DNA from: Gordius albopunctatus
Taxonomy: Eukaryota
Assembly: GCA_964276515.1 (NCBI GenBank)
Contig: OZ193909.1
Span: 3,286,001 to 3,350,000 of the forward strand
DNA: 64,000 bases
Reading direction: 5' to 3'
Each line of letters opens with the position of its first letter. Position 1 is the stretch's first letter. Position numbers and translations under genes: made by a program. Below, one piece after another: positions 1 through 11,806 of the stretch. Below the pieces are notes generated by a model. The model was not told the origin of the DNA. It did not search any database and saw nothing but the letters and a program-made list of their open reading frames with translations.

Positions 1-464
1 GCATTTTTATATTTTAATTTTTAGGTATTTTTTCATTCCATTGGCTAGGTGGGGTAAATGAGGACCCCAAGCGGTTTATAAATGTTGCACAAATTAAGTT
101 AGTGATTGTTATAATTTCATTTTTTCAGTAGCTTAATAAAATTTACTTTAGAATATCTCTGCAAAATTTGGCTTGTTTCTATCCAATAGTTTTTAAGGTA
201 GAGAGTGTTTTAGATGCCCGGAGTCTTCCAGAAGCCCACGTTCCACAATATTCTTAACCTATTTGTAAAGAATTTTTTTTATAAACATTTCCTTTTGTTT
301 GAGATATTTGTATTTTTAACTTAGATTTTAAGATGTTTATTTTTCCTCGTGGTATTTTAAAGTGCTCATTTGCGTATTTTCCTGTGCGCTTTGATATTTC
401 AACATGCCTAACATTAAAATTAAAAGTGCTATATATATGATATTTTTGTGATAAAATGGTATAT

Positions 465-2392
465 AAAAACTCGGGCCTTCGGCCCTCGTGGGAAGGGGAA
501 AGGGGAGGAGGGGAGGGAAGGGGGAAGGGGAGGAGGGGAAGGAAGGGGGAACTCATCTACACTCCGTATAAATGTATCATATTTGCTATGCAATTTATGG
601 AAATACTTACGTGAATATTGCAAAACGAAGGTTGGAAGCACTAAATAAGTGTATATGCCAAATATCATAAAGGGGGAGAGAGGGAGCGAAGGGGAGGCTT
701 TATGGTTAGTTAAATTCTACGGGAGTTGTATTACCAAAAAGTCATAATAGCAATGGTAGGAACAGGAACAATCATAATAGTCAAAAAAAACGAAAAAAAA
801 ATTTTCGAATCACATTATGGCCAAAGGTCATTTTTTTCCATTGGCCAGCAGCCAGGACACGGTAAAAGTGGATATAAATTCATAATAGTCAAAAAAAACG
901 AAAAAAAAGTTTTCGAATCACATTTTGGCCAATGGTTATTTTATTCCATTGGTCAGCAGCCAGCGGACGGCCAAAAAGTCATAATAGCAATGGTAGGAAC
1001 AGGAACAATCATAATAGTCAAAAAAACGGAAAAAATAATTTCGATTCACATTTTGGCCATTGGTCATTTTTTCCATTGGTCAGCAGCCAGGACACGGTAA
1101 AAGTGGATATAAATTCATAACAGTCAAAAAAAAACGAAAAAAAAATTTTCGAATCACATTTTGGCCAATGGTCATTTTATTCCATTGGTCAGCAGCCAGC
1201 GGACGGCCAAAAAGTCATAATAGCAATGGTAGGAACAGGAACAATCATAATATTCAAAAAAAACGAAAAAATAAACTCGGATACACATTTTGGCCAATTG
1301 TCATTTTTTCCATTGGTCAGCAGCCAGCGGACGGCCAAAAAGTCTTATTATCATTGATAGTAACAAGAACAATCATAAGAGTCAAAAAAAACTCCGGGAT
1401 TCTAACCCAAAAACTAGATAAATTGCATAGCAATTATTAAAAAGTATAGGGTAATTATCAATGTTAACCTATTCAAAAACGAACAAAAAATTTTGATTTA
1501 TTTGGCCAATGGTAATTTTTTTCAATTATCAATGTTAACTTATTCAAAAAGGAAAAACGAAAAATTAGGATTTATTTGGCCAATGTTCATTTTTTCATTG
1601 GTCAGTAGCCAGCGGACGGTCAAAAAGTCATATTATCAATGGTATTAACAAGAACAAAATATTAAATTAATTAAAAAAATAAAAATTTTGCCCTCTCCGG
1701 GATTCGAACCCACATTAAATAGAGGCATAAGCCTTTGGAGGGGAACAGGGAACCATATAAATAGAGCCATAGGCCCTTGTAGGGGAGGGCATAGGGTAAT
1801 TATCAATGTTAAACTATTCAAAAACGAAAAATTAAAAATTTCGATTTATCTGGCCAGTGGTCATTTTTTCATTGGTCAGTAGCCTGCGGACGGTCAAAAA
1901 TTCATATTATCAATGGTATTAACAAGAACAATATATTAATTTAATTTAAAAAAAAATAAAAATTTTTGTCCTCTCCGGGTCTCGAACCATCAATTTAGAA
2001 CGTTCGCCGGGATTCAAACCCACATTAAATAGAGGCATAAGCCTTTGGAGGGGAACAGGGAACCATATAAATAGAGCCATAGGCCCTTGTAGGGGAGGGC
2101 ATAGGGTAATTATCAATGTTAAACTATTCAAAAACGAAAAATTAAAAATTTCGATTTATCTGGCCAGTGGTCATTTTTTCATTGGTCAGTAGCCTGCGGA
2201 CGGTCAAAAAGTCATATTATCAATGGTATTAACAAGAAAAAAATATTAATTTAATTTAAAAAAAAAAGAAAATTTTGTCCTCTCCGGGTCTCGAACCCGC
2301 AACCTCCAGGTCGGGAAGCTGGTGTAAATAACTTGGTGAACGGACGGACGGACGGACAACCAAAAACGATCCCCTAAATTGCATAGCAATTA
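465..2392 (-). mobile_element. Helentron/DINE-1-like non-autonomous element(s): complete copy ~465-1437 followed head-to-tail by a partial copy ~1447-2392
   Basis: Subterminal inverted repeat TTGCTATGCAATTTA at ~583-597 versus AAATTGCATAGCAATTA at ~1420-1436 and ~2376-2392. Terminal hairpin GGGCCTTCGGCCC at ~473-485 next to an A/T run, GGAC microsatellite at ~2342-2357 and central tandem arrays. This matches DINE-1/HINE architecture. Confidence 0.75.
734..1390. repeat. Central tandem array with a ~237-bp higher-order dimer
   Basis: CCAAAAAGTCATAATAGCAATGG recurs at ~734, ~971 and ~1207. A constant core (…TTTTGGCCAATGGTCATTTTTTCCATTGGTCAGCAGCCAG) alternates with two different linker modules. 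Confidence 0.9.
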
Positions 2393-5300
2393 AGATATTC
2401 AAAAATAGGATTCTTAAAATTAAGATCTAATAATTAGATTTATTAATAAGATATGTAAAAATATTATAGATATTCAAAAATGGTATAAAAAATGGGATAT
2501 TCAAAAAATGATTTATTAGCTTTTTTTGAAAATCTTTATTTTTGAACACATTTTAGGGTCTAAATTTTTTATTAGCTTTTTTTCTGATCAGCTTTTTTTT
2601 GAAGAGCTTTATTTTTGAACAGAAACGCTAAAAAATATTTGAAAACGCGCTATAACTAAACGGATGGCATTGATCCGTGTATGGAAATCGTGTTGGATTT
2701 AACGATTTCCATTGTGATCTTTTGCCTGATAAAAAAGTATTCTTTGTGATCGTGTGTAATGGAGGTTATATATTTTGAAATTTGTTTAAGGAATTGGCTG
2801 CCCTCGGGACCTAAATTACCGAGAATCGTGGCTACTACTGGTACAAAAATAATATTGCTGAGGTATATTTGTATTTTTCCACTTTCTTTCTCTCAGTGGA
2901 AGAGATGAGGTCAGGAGAGGCGTTAGATTTGGCAAATATATCAACTGTAGTGAAGTCCCAGCAGGCGTTTAGGCAACGAGTCCACGCGATGATTGTTACA
3001 CAGTCGGGTCTTTTACCGTCAGTGGAGCTTAGGCCAATGAATCTAAAATTATTTAAATTTTAAACTGAGAAAACTTTTAGGAAATCTCATTTTTTACACA
3101 AAATTCACTATTTTTAGAGCCTCATAAAATTTTTGTTTTAAGATTTCACAATTAGATTTTTTTCCTATTTTTAATTCTAACCTTCTATAATGTATTTCTA
3201 TTAAAAAATTTAGTCCAAAAATTAGAAAAAGAATGGCTAAGAAGAGTAGTAACTTTTTTAATTTTAAAAACATAGGGCCAAAAATTCCCTAAGTTTGGAC
3301 ATCTCTATTTTTTTAAAGATTTTTTATGCCAAATTTTCTATAATTATATTTCCAACCTTATTTTATATGATCTTATAAATTAAATTATGAAATTGCCTGG
3401 AAAAAAATTGTTATGAATAAATATAGTCACATAGGGTGAAATTTTGGGGGTTGTACAAATTTCAATTATAAAATTGTAACCACTAGTTCAAATACTCAAA
3501 GTAATATACTAATTTACAGATAAGAGTTGTAGTATTATACTTTTAAAATTTTAAAAGTTTATATTATAATACAACAAAATTATAGCTATTTAAAGTTTGG
3601 GGTCATCATGAGCCCCTTTACCATCCGTGTTAGGATTTTGACCTGACTAACGGAGGGTTGGTTAAATGATATTTATTTTAAAATTCTGTTTCTGATATCT
3701 ACCCAATTCAATATGTTTTATTTACCTTTTTAAGATTATTTATGAATTTCTATATGATCACCACTTTACAATGTGCCTTTCAAAATGGTGGAAAAAAGGG
3801 TACACATTTTGTGCGTTGATGAGCAGTCTATCCCAGTGTTGTAAAAAGACCTGGGTTTTTTTAGCCGACCTTTGGTCTTAGTCGACTAAACGAAAAAGAC
3901 CTCGAGGTCTTTTTGTCTGTTTTCTTTCTTAGTCGACCTTTGGTTGAGCTAATACTTGGAGAAAAGACCTTAAAGGTTGTTAGGCTATTTCGTTTAGCCA
4001 ACCTTTAGGTTTAGTCAGAATTTTGTTGTTAATACCCCAAAGGTTTTTACTTGTTATTATTGGTCCACCTTTGGCTTGGCTTAGGTCTGGCGGGGTGGTA
4101 AGAAAATAATATATAATTTAATGAGTGAATTTAAAATTAAGCGATATAGTTACGGGTAGATTTTTAATTGTACTGATATGATTTAATAATGGTTGAGGGT
4201 GATTTTTGATATTGATACCTAGTTGTAAAATATAATTTTAAGAATCAATCATTTGTTAAGCTAATTTGGTGACAATTGTCATAATGGTCGTTTATGAAGA
4301 AAAATAAATTGTTTTGACGAAAATTGGTGGGGTATGGTGTCATAAAAATGTTTCAAACTTAAAATTTAAGTTTGTCACCTTAGCTTGGTGACAATTGTCA
4401 TAATTGTCATTTTAAAAGCTAGATAAATACTTTTAACAAAAATTGGTTGGTTAGGGTGTCCTAAAAATATTCCAACAATGTATTTTTAAAAATTAGTTGT
4501 CAATTTATTATAGTCACCTTGGTAAAATCGAATAATTGTACCATAATACTTGTTAAGTTTAATTCATATTTTTTATCTTCTTTATTTATAGTAATAACTT
4601 AGTTTTTACTATTCTAAATTAATATATGGGTTTCAACCAGTAACATTAACATTTATCAGTAATAGGGGTTGGTTATATTGCTTTGTAAAATTTAAAAGAG
4701 ACTAGAGAAAAAAAGATAGAAATCCGAAGCTAAAATCTCCCTTTTAATTTAATATCTTTCTCGTTAATAACCTTTTTTCTATCAGTTTTTTAGAACCCCA
4801 ACAAACAAAAAAATCTACTCCTAATCTTGGTTGATAGTTATTTAAATATACAAGACAAAAATAATTAAGCTGTTTTTATATTTCCGCAAATTAGTTATTT
4901 ACTCCGATCACTACATTTAAATTTTATAAGCATACAGAAAATATAAAAATATCACTTTACATACTATATGGGGTTCAACTTAAAAAAAAATTTCAAAATT
5001 ATTGCTAACATTTTATATTTTTATATTCAATCTTTGCATTTTTATGAATAAATTCATAATGAAAAAACTTGAAAAATAATCGAATGTTCGAATCGAATCA
5101 TTATTTTAATATTCGCCGACTCTCAAATCGAATCATTTTTTTAATATTCGCCGACTCCAAAAGAAATATTCTAATCGAACCATGGGGCTACCTGAGACTG
5201 AGACAGAAGCTAAAATTACTTTTATTCATTCAGCCATTCCCCCCGCCCCCATTTAAAGTCTATCTTCCTTTATGGAGAGGAATAAATAAGTATGGTTGAG

Positions 5301-5911
5301 TGAGATTATTTTTATAATCTTCTAAATATGTATCTTGGCTACGTGCCACCAGATCCATAAATATTATGGGTATTAGCAGCAGCTAGTTAAAATGGGATTG
5401 CAGTGCCCTGTGCGTGTGCGTGTGCCTTAGCGAAACAATGAAAATAACTTGTAAAATATGCTGCTGCTGGTATGGTACGGCTAGGGAGGGAGGGAGGGAG
5501 GGAGGGATTGAGTCATTAGAAAGCCAGTTACAAAAAGCAATTAATCATTTTTAGGTATACTATTTTTTCATTAAAAAATATTCCATGGATTATGTTTCTG
5601 AATTGGACGATTCAATAGCTGTAAGCAAAACAATTGTTTTATTCAATAGCATTTTTTACAAGTGGTTTTAATTTTATATCCACATTTTCTAGGTAATTAA
5701 TAATTTAGTAGTGAATATAATAATGATTTAAAATTACTTAGCAAGGGTTGGCATAAGATATATAAACTAAATTTAAGTTTTATTAATTTCTTTATTCAAT
5801 CGAGGATAACATTTAAACTCATTTAATTTGTGATCCTAGGATAGCTTTGCTAAATTTAAAAGTGTTTAATGAAGTATGTTTTTTTTATTTATAATTATAT
5901 ATTTTTCCTAG

Positions 5912-6738
5912 CATATAATTACGATAAACAATTTAAAAGTTGAAGATGGTTGGCTATCAGATGGGCCACTGTGCAGTGAGGAAGAAATTGCTAATTTAAA
6001 AGAAATTGAAATTTTTTTAATGATATTTAACGTTATGACAGACAGTATGTCAACACAGACACATCCATCCATAGGGTTGTGTGTTATTTATTTATATAAG
6101 ATGAAAAAATATCTGATGGAATTTGATAGTTATAACTTTAACATTAAACAGGCTGCAGAAAATATGATGATAAAATTGCACGCCTATGAGGGTCTTTTCG
6201 ACCGGTTCGAATATTATGTCGGGGTCATCCTTGATCCTCGACTGAAAAAGGAGAATATGCCGGATGAATGGCTTACTCTAGAATACGAAAATAACTTTGA
6301 ATCCTTATATTCAAATAGTGCTGGAAATATTTCTTACCCAGTTACACAGGGACACAAATTTTCGACAATGAAGGCTTTTGAATTGATTAATGAGTAAATA
6401 ACTACCTAATTATTTTATATTTTAATAGCAACACCCAAAATAAAGAAGAATATAAAAGATACCTTAGGCAGACATTATTAGATGGTAAAACTTATTTTTA
6501 ACTTTGTAATATTATAATTTAGGTGATCAAAACATTTTAGATTGGTGGCGACTCAATCAAAAAACATTCCCTCATCTAGGATTTCTGGCACGGAAATATT
6601 TGGCCTTACAGGGAACCTCTATTCCAGCCGAAAGACTTTTTTCTTCAGCCTCTAATATTATTACTAAAAAAAGAAATCAGATTTCTTCGTGTTCTGTTAA
6701 CGAAGTGTTATGTTTGCGCAATTGAAATAATCTTTAAT
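5912..6738 (+). pseudogene. hAT transposase C-terminal part (spliced) with hATC dimerisation domain
   Basis: ORF 6020-6397 contains ILDPRLK. GT-AG introns 6394-6428 and 6485-6522 join in frame to DQNILDWWRLNQKTFPHLGFLARKYLALQGTSIPAERLFSSASNIITKKRNQI. Confidence 0.85.
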
Positions 6739-7107
6739 AAAAATATCTATGTATGTATAACACTAAATATTTTCTTACTACTTTAAAGTTATAATAGACA
6801 AACTCAAATAAAGAAGAATTTACAAACAATTTATTAATCATTTAAAAAATTATGGAACAAATTTTGCTAAAGATAAGCATCATTATAAAATTTAAATGAG
6901 TGAGCCAACTGCTCTTAAATTTTATTTATAACTTATATTTTGTCAATTATTAATATTAAATAAATTTAAATATACATATATATGAACGAATTTCGCTAGG
7001 GTATCGAGGAATTTAATTATAAGTAACTTATATATACGATTATTCATTTCCAATTAATTAATTTTTTATAATAAACAACATAAGTTTAGGATTTGACAGA
7101 TTACGTA

Positions 7108-7600
7108 ACATTTTTATGACACCCTAACCGTTGTTAAAAGTATTTATCTAGCTTTTGAAATGACAATTATGACAATTGTCACCAAGATAAGGTGATAAAC
7201 TTAAAATTTAAGTCTGCAACATTTTTATGACACCCTAACCGACCAATTTTCATTAAAAGTATTTATCTAGCTTTTAAAATGACGTCACCAAGCTAAAGTG
7301 ATAAACTTAAATTTTAAGTTTGCAACATTTTTATGACACCCTAACTGACCAATTTTCTTTAAAAGTATTTATCTAGCTTTTAAAATGACAATTATGACAA
7401 TTGTCACCAAGCTAAGGTGATAAACTTAAATTTTCAGTTTGCAACATTTTTATGACACCCTAACCGACCAATTTTCGTTAAAAGTATTTATCTAGCTTTT
7501 AAAATGACAATTATGACAATTGTCACCAAGCTAAGATGATAAACTTAAATTTTAAGTTTGCAACATTTTTATGACACTCCCACCCATCAATTTTCGTTAA
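7108..7600. repeat. ~120-bp tandem repeat (about 4 copies) at the inner end of the right TIR
   Basis: CAACATTTTTATGACACCCTAACCGACCAATTTTC… recurs at ~7218, 7323, 7442 and 7561; inverted copies lie at ~4265-4470. Confidence 0.9.
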
Positions 7601-8484
7601 AACATTTTATTTTGCTTCATAAACGACAATTATGACAATTGTCATTAAATTAGGTTGACAAATAATTGATTTCGGAAATTATATTTTACAGGTAGGTATC
7701 TATCAATATTAAAAATCACCCTCAACCATTGTTATAATCAAATCAGTACAATTAAAAAGCTACCATTAATTATAAAGCTGAATTTTAAAGTCACTTATAA
7801 AATTATATATATATATATATATATTATTTTTCCCCACACCAAAACAGCTAAGCCAAACCAAAGGTCGACTTATAATAACAAGTAAAAACCTTTGGTTTAC
7901 TAACAAAATTCTGACTAAACCTAAAGGTTGGCTAAACGAAATAGGCCAAAAGACCTTGAGAACCTTTAGGTCTTTTCTCCAAGTATCGGCTAAACCTTAA
8001 AGGTCGACTAAGAAAACAGACCAAAAGACCTCGAGGTCTTTTTGAAAAATAGACCAAGACTAAACCTTAGCTATATAACCTGGTCGAAAACCCTTTGGTC
8101 TTTTTTATCTATCCTATCTAGTCTGTGATTATATCTGACATTCACTTAAAAACATATCATGTTCAAAAAACGTAGGCTAACTTGAATTAGCAAAAATAAC
8201 ATTTTTAATCCTTCATTAAACTCCCACTCCTAAAAACTAAATTGATATAAAACGTATATTAAAATCAAATTCCTTAATTAATATAAATTAAATTTTATAT
8301 TTAATTTCAGTTATAAAACATTTATAAATTGAATAAATACTTCAGTTTAAATTTGAAAACTCCGGGAAGGTATTTAAAATTGGGGAAGAGAACTTCTGTA
8401 AATTTCTGATGAGATAGACTATGTTGATAAATTTATTTTAAAAATTATTCTCGGTACATCTTATGATGAAATATTACTTATATA

Positions 8485-8652
8485 CATGGGCTTAGCCAGC
8501 ATTTGAATTAGAGGAGGGGACAATAATGATTTAGAGAGGGCAAAATGAACCTTTTTTTTTTAGAAATTTCAGCCAAAATTTTAATTAATTTTAATAAATT
8601 TTTTAATTTAGAGGAGGCAGCCGCCCTCCCCCTCCCATTGGCTACGCCCATG
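8485..8652. mobile_element. MITE of the CATGGGCGTAGCCAG (hAT-type) family
   Basis: TIRs CATGGGCTTAGCCAG / TTGGCTACGCCCATG. Relatives or fragments at ~10632, 11722, 19618, 34730-34810, 35533, 35971-36136, 38783-42337, 52611-53046 and 56895-57092. Confidence 0.85.
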
Positions 8653-8871
8653 AGTATATATAAGACCAATAGGTTTAAGGATTCACCACTCGTTAATCTT
8701 TCATTTTTCAGTGTATAACGAACGTATAAAATTAAGTAAAAAATTGTCGGCTACAAATACCGTGCATATGGGAGGGCGATTAAAGTAAATCATAATTATT
8801 ACAAAAAATTAACTTACATATCTACAAACTAAATTAAATAGAACACAAAGGTAGAAATGGTGCCCTATAGT

Positions 8872-10976
8872 CAGTGGCGTAGCTAGCCTTTTGCCTTGGG
8901 GGAACTGAGCTGGTCAAGCCAAAAGTAGGGGGCAAGAAAATTTTAACTACAAAAACCCTTAAGAATTAAAAAAAAATTATTTTCGACCCCCCCCCCAATC
9001 CAAAACCTTGATACGACCATGCATGGGTCAAACGCAAATGAAAAAATGTTCCCCCATAAACGTTGGACAAACTTAAAATTCCGCTACTACTTTGTGTATT
9101 TTGTCTAATAACATCACACTGGTATGTCTTAGACCGCATGTTTCTAGGGCATAAAATAAATAAAATTCATTCATAAATAAAACAAAGTAATGTAGTTGAA
9201 ACAATATAGAGTATACAACAAAGTTTTTATAAAAATGTTTTATTACCACAATCTCAAAAAATCTTGGCCATATATATAAAAAAATTTAATTTTACATGTG
9301 CAATATTGGCAGCATTTTCAGGCAGCATTCATATCAGGAAAGCAATAAGAACATTTAAAAGCCTTTTTTAAGGCTAGATGCTCAAAAGGCGTAATTATAA
9401 CATAAAATTAAAATTAATTAATAATTAAAATTCGTTCGAGAATGAGTATTTAGAAGTTATTGCCCCTGATGATATCATAGGGCTTGTCTTAATATCGGAT
9501 TTCGCTGCGCAGCAAAAATCGTCGTAAGGGTTATAACATAGCCGTGTCTTAACTTGGAATTCACAGCAGATTTACATTTCAGACGCATAACATAAGAGCG
9601 ATTAATCTCAAGAGTTGAAATAAAGAAAAAAAAGTTTTAAACTATCAAAAAACGAAATATTATTAATTACAACCGAGTTTGACACATGAAACGGAATCGG
9701 ATATTTGATAAAGATAAATTCGCGCCATTTAAATCTGAATCTGATATTAAGACAAGCCCATAGATATATTTGCACCCCCCCCTCCTTTTACACCACCTAA
9801 AAATTAAAATTAACTAATAAATTTAACGGCTAAATGAACCTTAAAAATATTCTGCCAGAATTAAATGAATCAAATTTTACTTAATAATTTTAAATGAAAT
9901 TACAGATGTGAGATGCACAGAACAACTTAGCGTTTGTGTACATTTTGTTTAATCCAATGGCACACCAAAAGGATTTTTTTGGGATTTTTATCCCTTGAAA
10001 GTTTTGATGAGTTAACAATTGTCTATAAAATTCCTAATTCCTAATAAAGGGGAAAAAATGCTGTGCAAACTATTTCTTGGAAAATCATTGGCTTTATATG
10101 TGCACGTGACGTGGTATATAAAAATATGCAAGATATGTTAAACAATAAGCATGTGAGATGGACAATTAAATTGAATTCGTAAATTTTAAATTAGTCTTTT
10201 AATAGTAGTTCATTACGCTTTTTACTCGATGTTGCAAACGAATTTATAACATCATCCGGGGGAATTACATTTATAAAGTCATGTTCTAGGCTCAATAAAG
10301 CTAAGGAAGATAACCTATCTTGTCCAATTGTGGAACGAAGATAGTTTTAATCCATTTTAGCAATGAGAACGATCCTTCGCATGAACATGAAGTTATTGGG
10401 ATAGTTAAAATTATTTTACTCAAAATAATAAAATTTAGAAACACTATTGAGGGTAAAATTTTAAGTGCAAAAATATCATTGCAATTTATTTTATTCGAAG
10501 TAAAGAATTATAATATATTATATAATTTTTTGCCATTATTATTTTGGCATCTGGCAGTTTTAATTCATAATGGTTAATTACTTCTGATAAAAGAGATTTA
10601 TCGAAAAAAGGGGATGAAGGGTGTAAACCTACCACGGGCGTAGCCAGGGGGGGGGCCGCCCCCTCTAAATCCAAAAATGTGTTGAAATTTATTAAAATTA
10701 TGGCTGAAATTTGAAAAAATAATCATTTTGTTCCTCCCAAAAGTGTTTGATACCAACCAATAAATAAAGGCTATAAACCGTTAAATTGCATTTATTAAAC
10801 AAATATTTGGACTTTATATTAATATAATTTAGGTTATATTCAAAAACAAATAATTATAATCTTCATATTTTTTCTTAATTAAGATAAAATAAAAAAATGG
10901 CGTACGAGGCCCAGGGGCCCAAGATTTTTCCCTTGGGGGGGGGGCGGGCCCCTTGGCCCCCCTAGCTACGCCACTG
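8872..10976 (+). mobile_element. hAT (Tip100/ZMYM1-like) element, degenerate
   Basis: TIRs CAGTGGCGTAGCTAG / CTAGCTACGCCACTG and perfect 8-bp TSD CCTATAGT (8864-8871, 10977-10984). Transposase relic IILNEITDVRCTEQLSVCVHFV at ~9880-9950 resembles the hAT DETTD..EQL motif. Confidence 0.85.
9480..9759. mobile_element. PIF/Harbinger-like MITE nested in the hAT element
   Basis: TIRs GGGCTTGTCTTAATATC / GATATTAAGACAAGCCC with 3-bp TSD ATA. Confidence 0.75.
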
Positions 10977-11197
10977 CCTATAGTATAGGTAGGTAGAGCG
11001 ATAATGTGTATTAGGTACAAGAGTTCATTTCCCGTGTCTCATTATCATTAAGGTCTACTTCAGGTCGCTTTATAAAAATGACTCCAACTTTTTTACTAAA
11101 AATAGGTTTCAATATCAAATAGAAAAGATTTTAGATCAGCATTATGATCTATGATTGAATATTTATGGCAGACAACATTTGAATAATACATGTAGAT

Positions 11198-11637
11198 TAG
11201 TGATGATCAAAACCTAGGTTTTGATCAGGCAACCTGAGGGATTCCAACACTTTATTTATCAAAATTTATAAACATATAGATGGCGTCATCGAGTAATATA
11301 CATGTTTAACAATTAATTAAATTTTTATATAAAAAAATCTTATTTTTTTTTTAAATATTAACCAAAAACTATTTTTTCTTCATTTAAAATTGTAAATATT
11401 TAAAAAGTTTGACGCATCTTGAAAAAGGAAAATAGTTAAAGTAAAATAAAAATTTATTCTTAAATTTATCGCATAAAACAAGAGATTTTTATCAGGTTAA
11501 CCTGAGGTCAACCTGGGTTTCAGGTTGGGGATAAAATTGACCTGAAGGTTTTTCAGGTTGATTTTCGAACACCCGAACCTAAAACCGACCTGAGGTTGGA
11601 CCTCGGGAAAACCTGACCTAGGTTTTGATCATCACTA
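11198..11637. mobile_element. hAT-type MITE
   Basis: TIRs TAGTGATGATCAAAACCTAGG / CCTAGGTTTTGATCATCACTA with 8-bp TSD ATGTAGAT. Confidence 0.9.
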
Positions 11638-11806
11638 ATGTAGATGATCTTCGAGTCTTCAAAATTCTCCGTTTTATCTCTAACGTAGATATACGCACGT
11701 TGATTGTGATTCAAATGTATGCATGGGCGTAGCCAGGTTTTGGATTAGGGGGGGGGGGCTAAAGTTGTTTACGTTCAATTGGGGGGGGGGGACAAAACCT
11801 AATTAT

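Larger units (their letters stand above)
3834..8107 (+). mobile_element. hAT DNA transposon with ~640-bp terminal inverted repeats, internally deleted
   Basis: Starts CAGTGTTGTAAAAAGACC. 3834-~4470 is the reverse complement of ~7430-8107, with the right tip lost. TCTATCC on both flanks is a TSD remnant. Carries a hAT transposase 3' half. Confidence 0.8.

Noticed and set aside
254..2131. Short ORFs in the track (also 12372, 23737-23998, 25827-27202)
   Set aside because: They are translations of tandem repeats and purine tracts of the Helentron-like element, with frames shifting at homopolymers.
734..2260. CRISPR-like repeat/spacer array
   Set aside because: The repeats are ~80 bp and degenerate, the spacers recur as a few fixed modules, the context is eukaryotic and there are no cas genes.
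2276..2330. Functional tRNA gene
   Set aside because: Only the anticodon and T-arm halves are present, no paired acceptor stem forms, and it lies in a repeat.
8400..9480. Hammerhead ribozyme cores (CTGATGA at ~8406 and ~9466)
   Set aside because: No properly placed GAAA or supporting stems, and no Penelope-like context.
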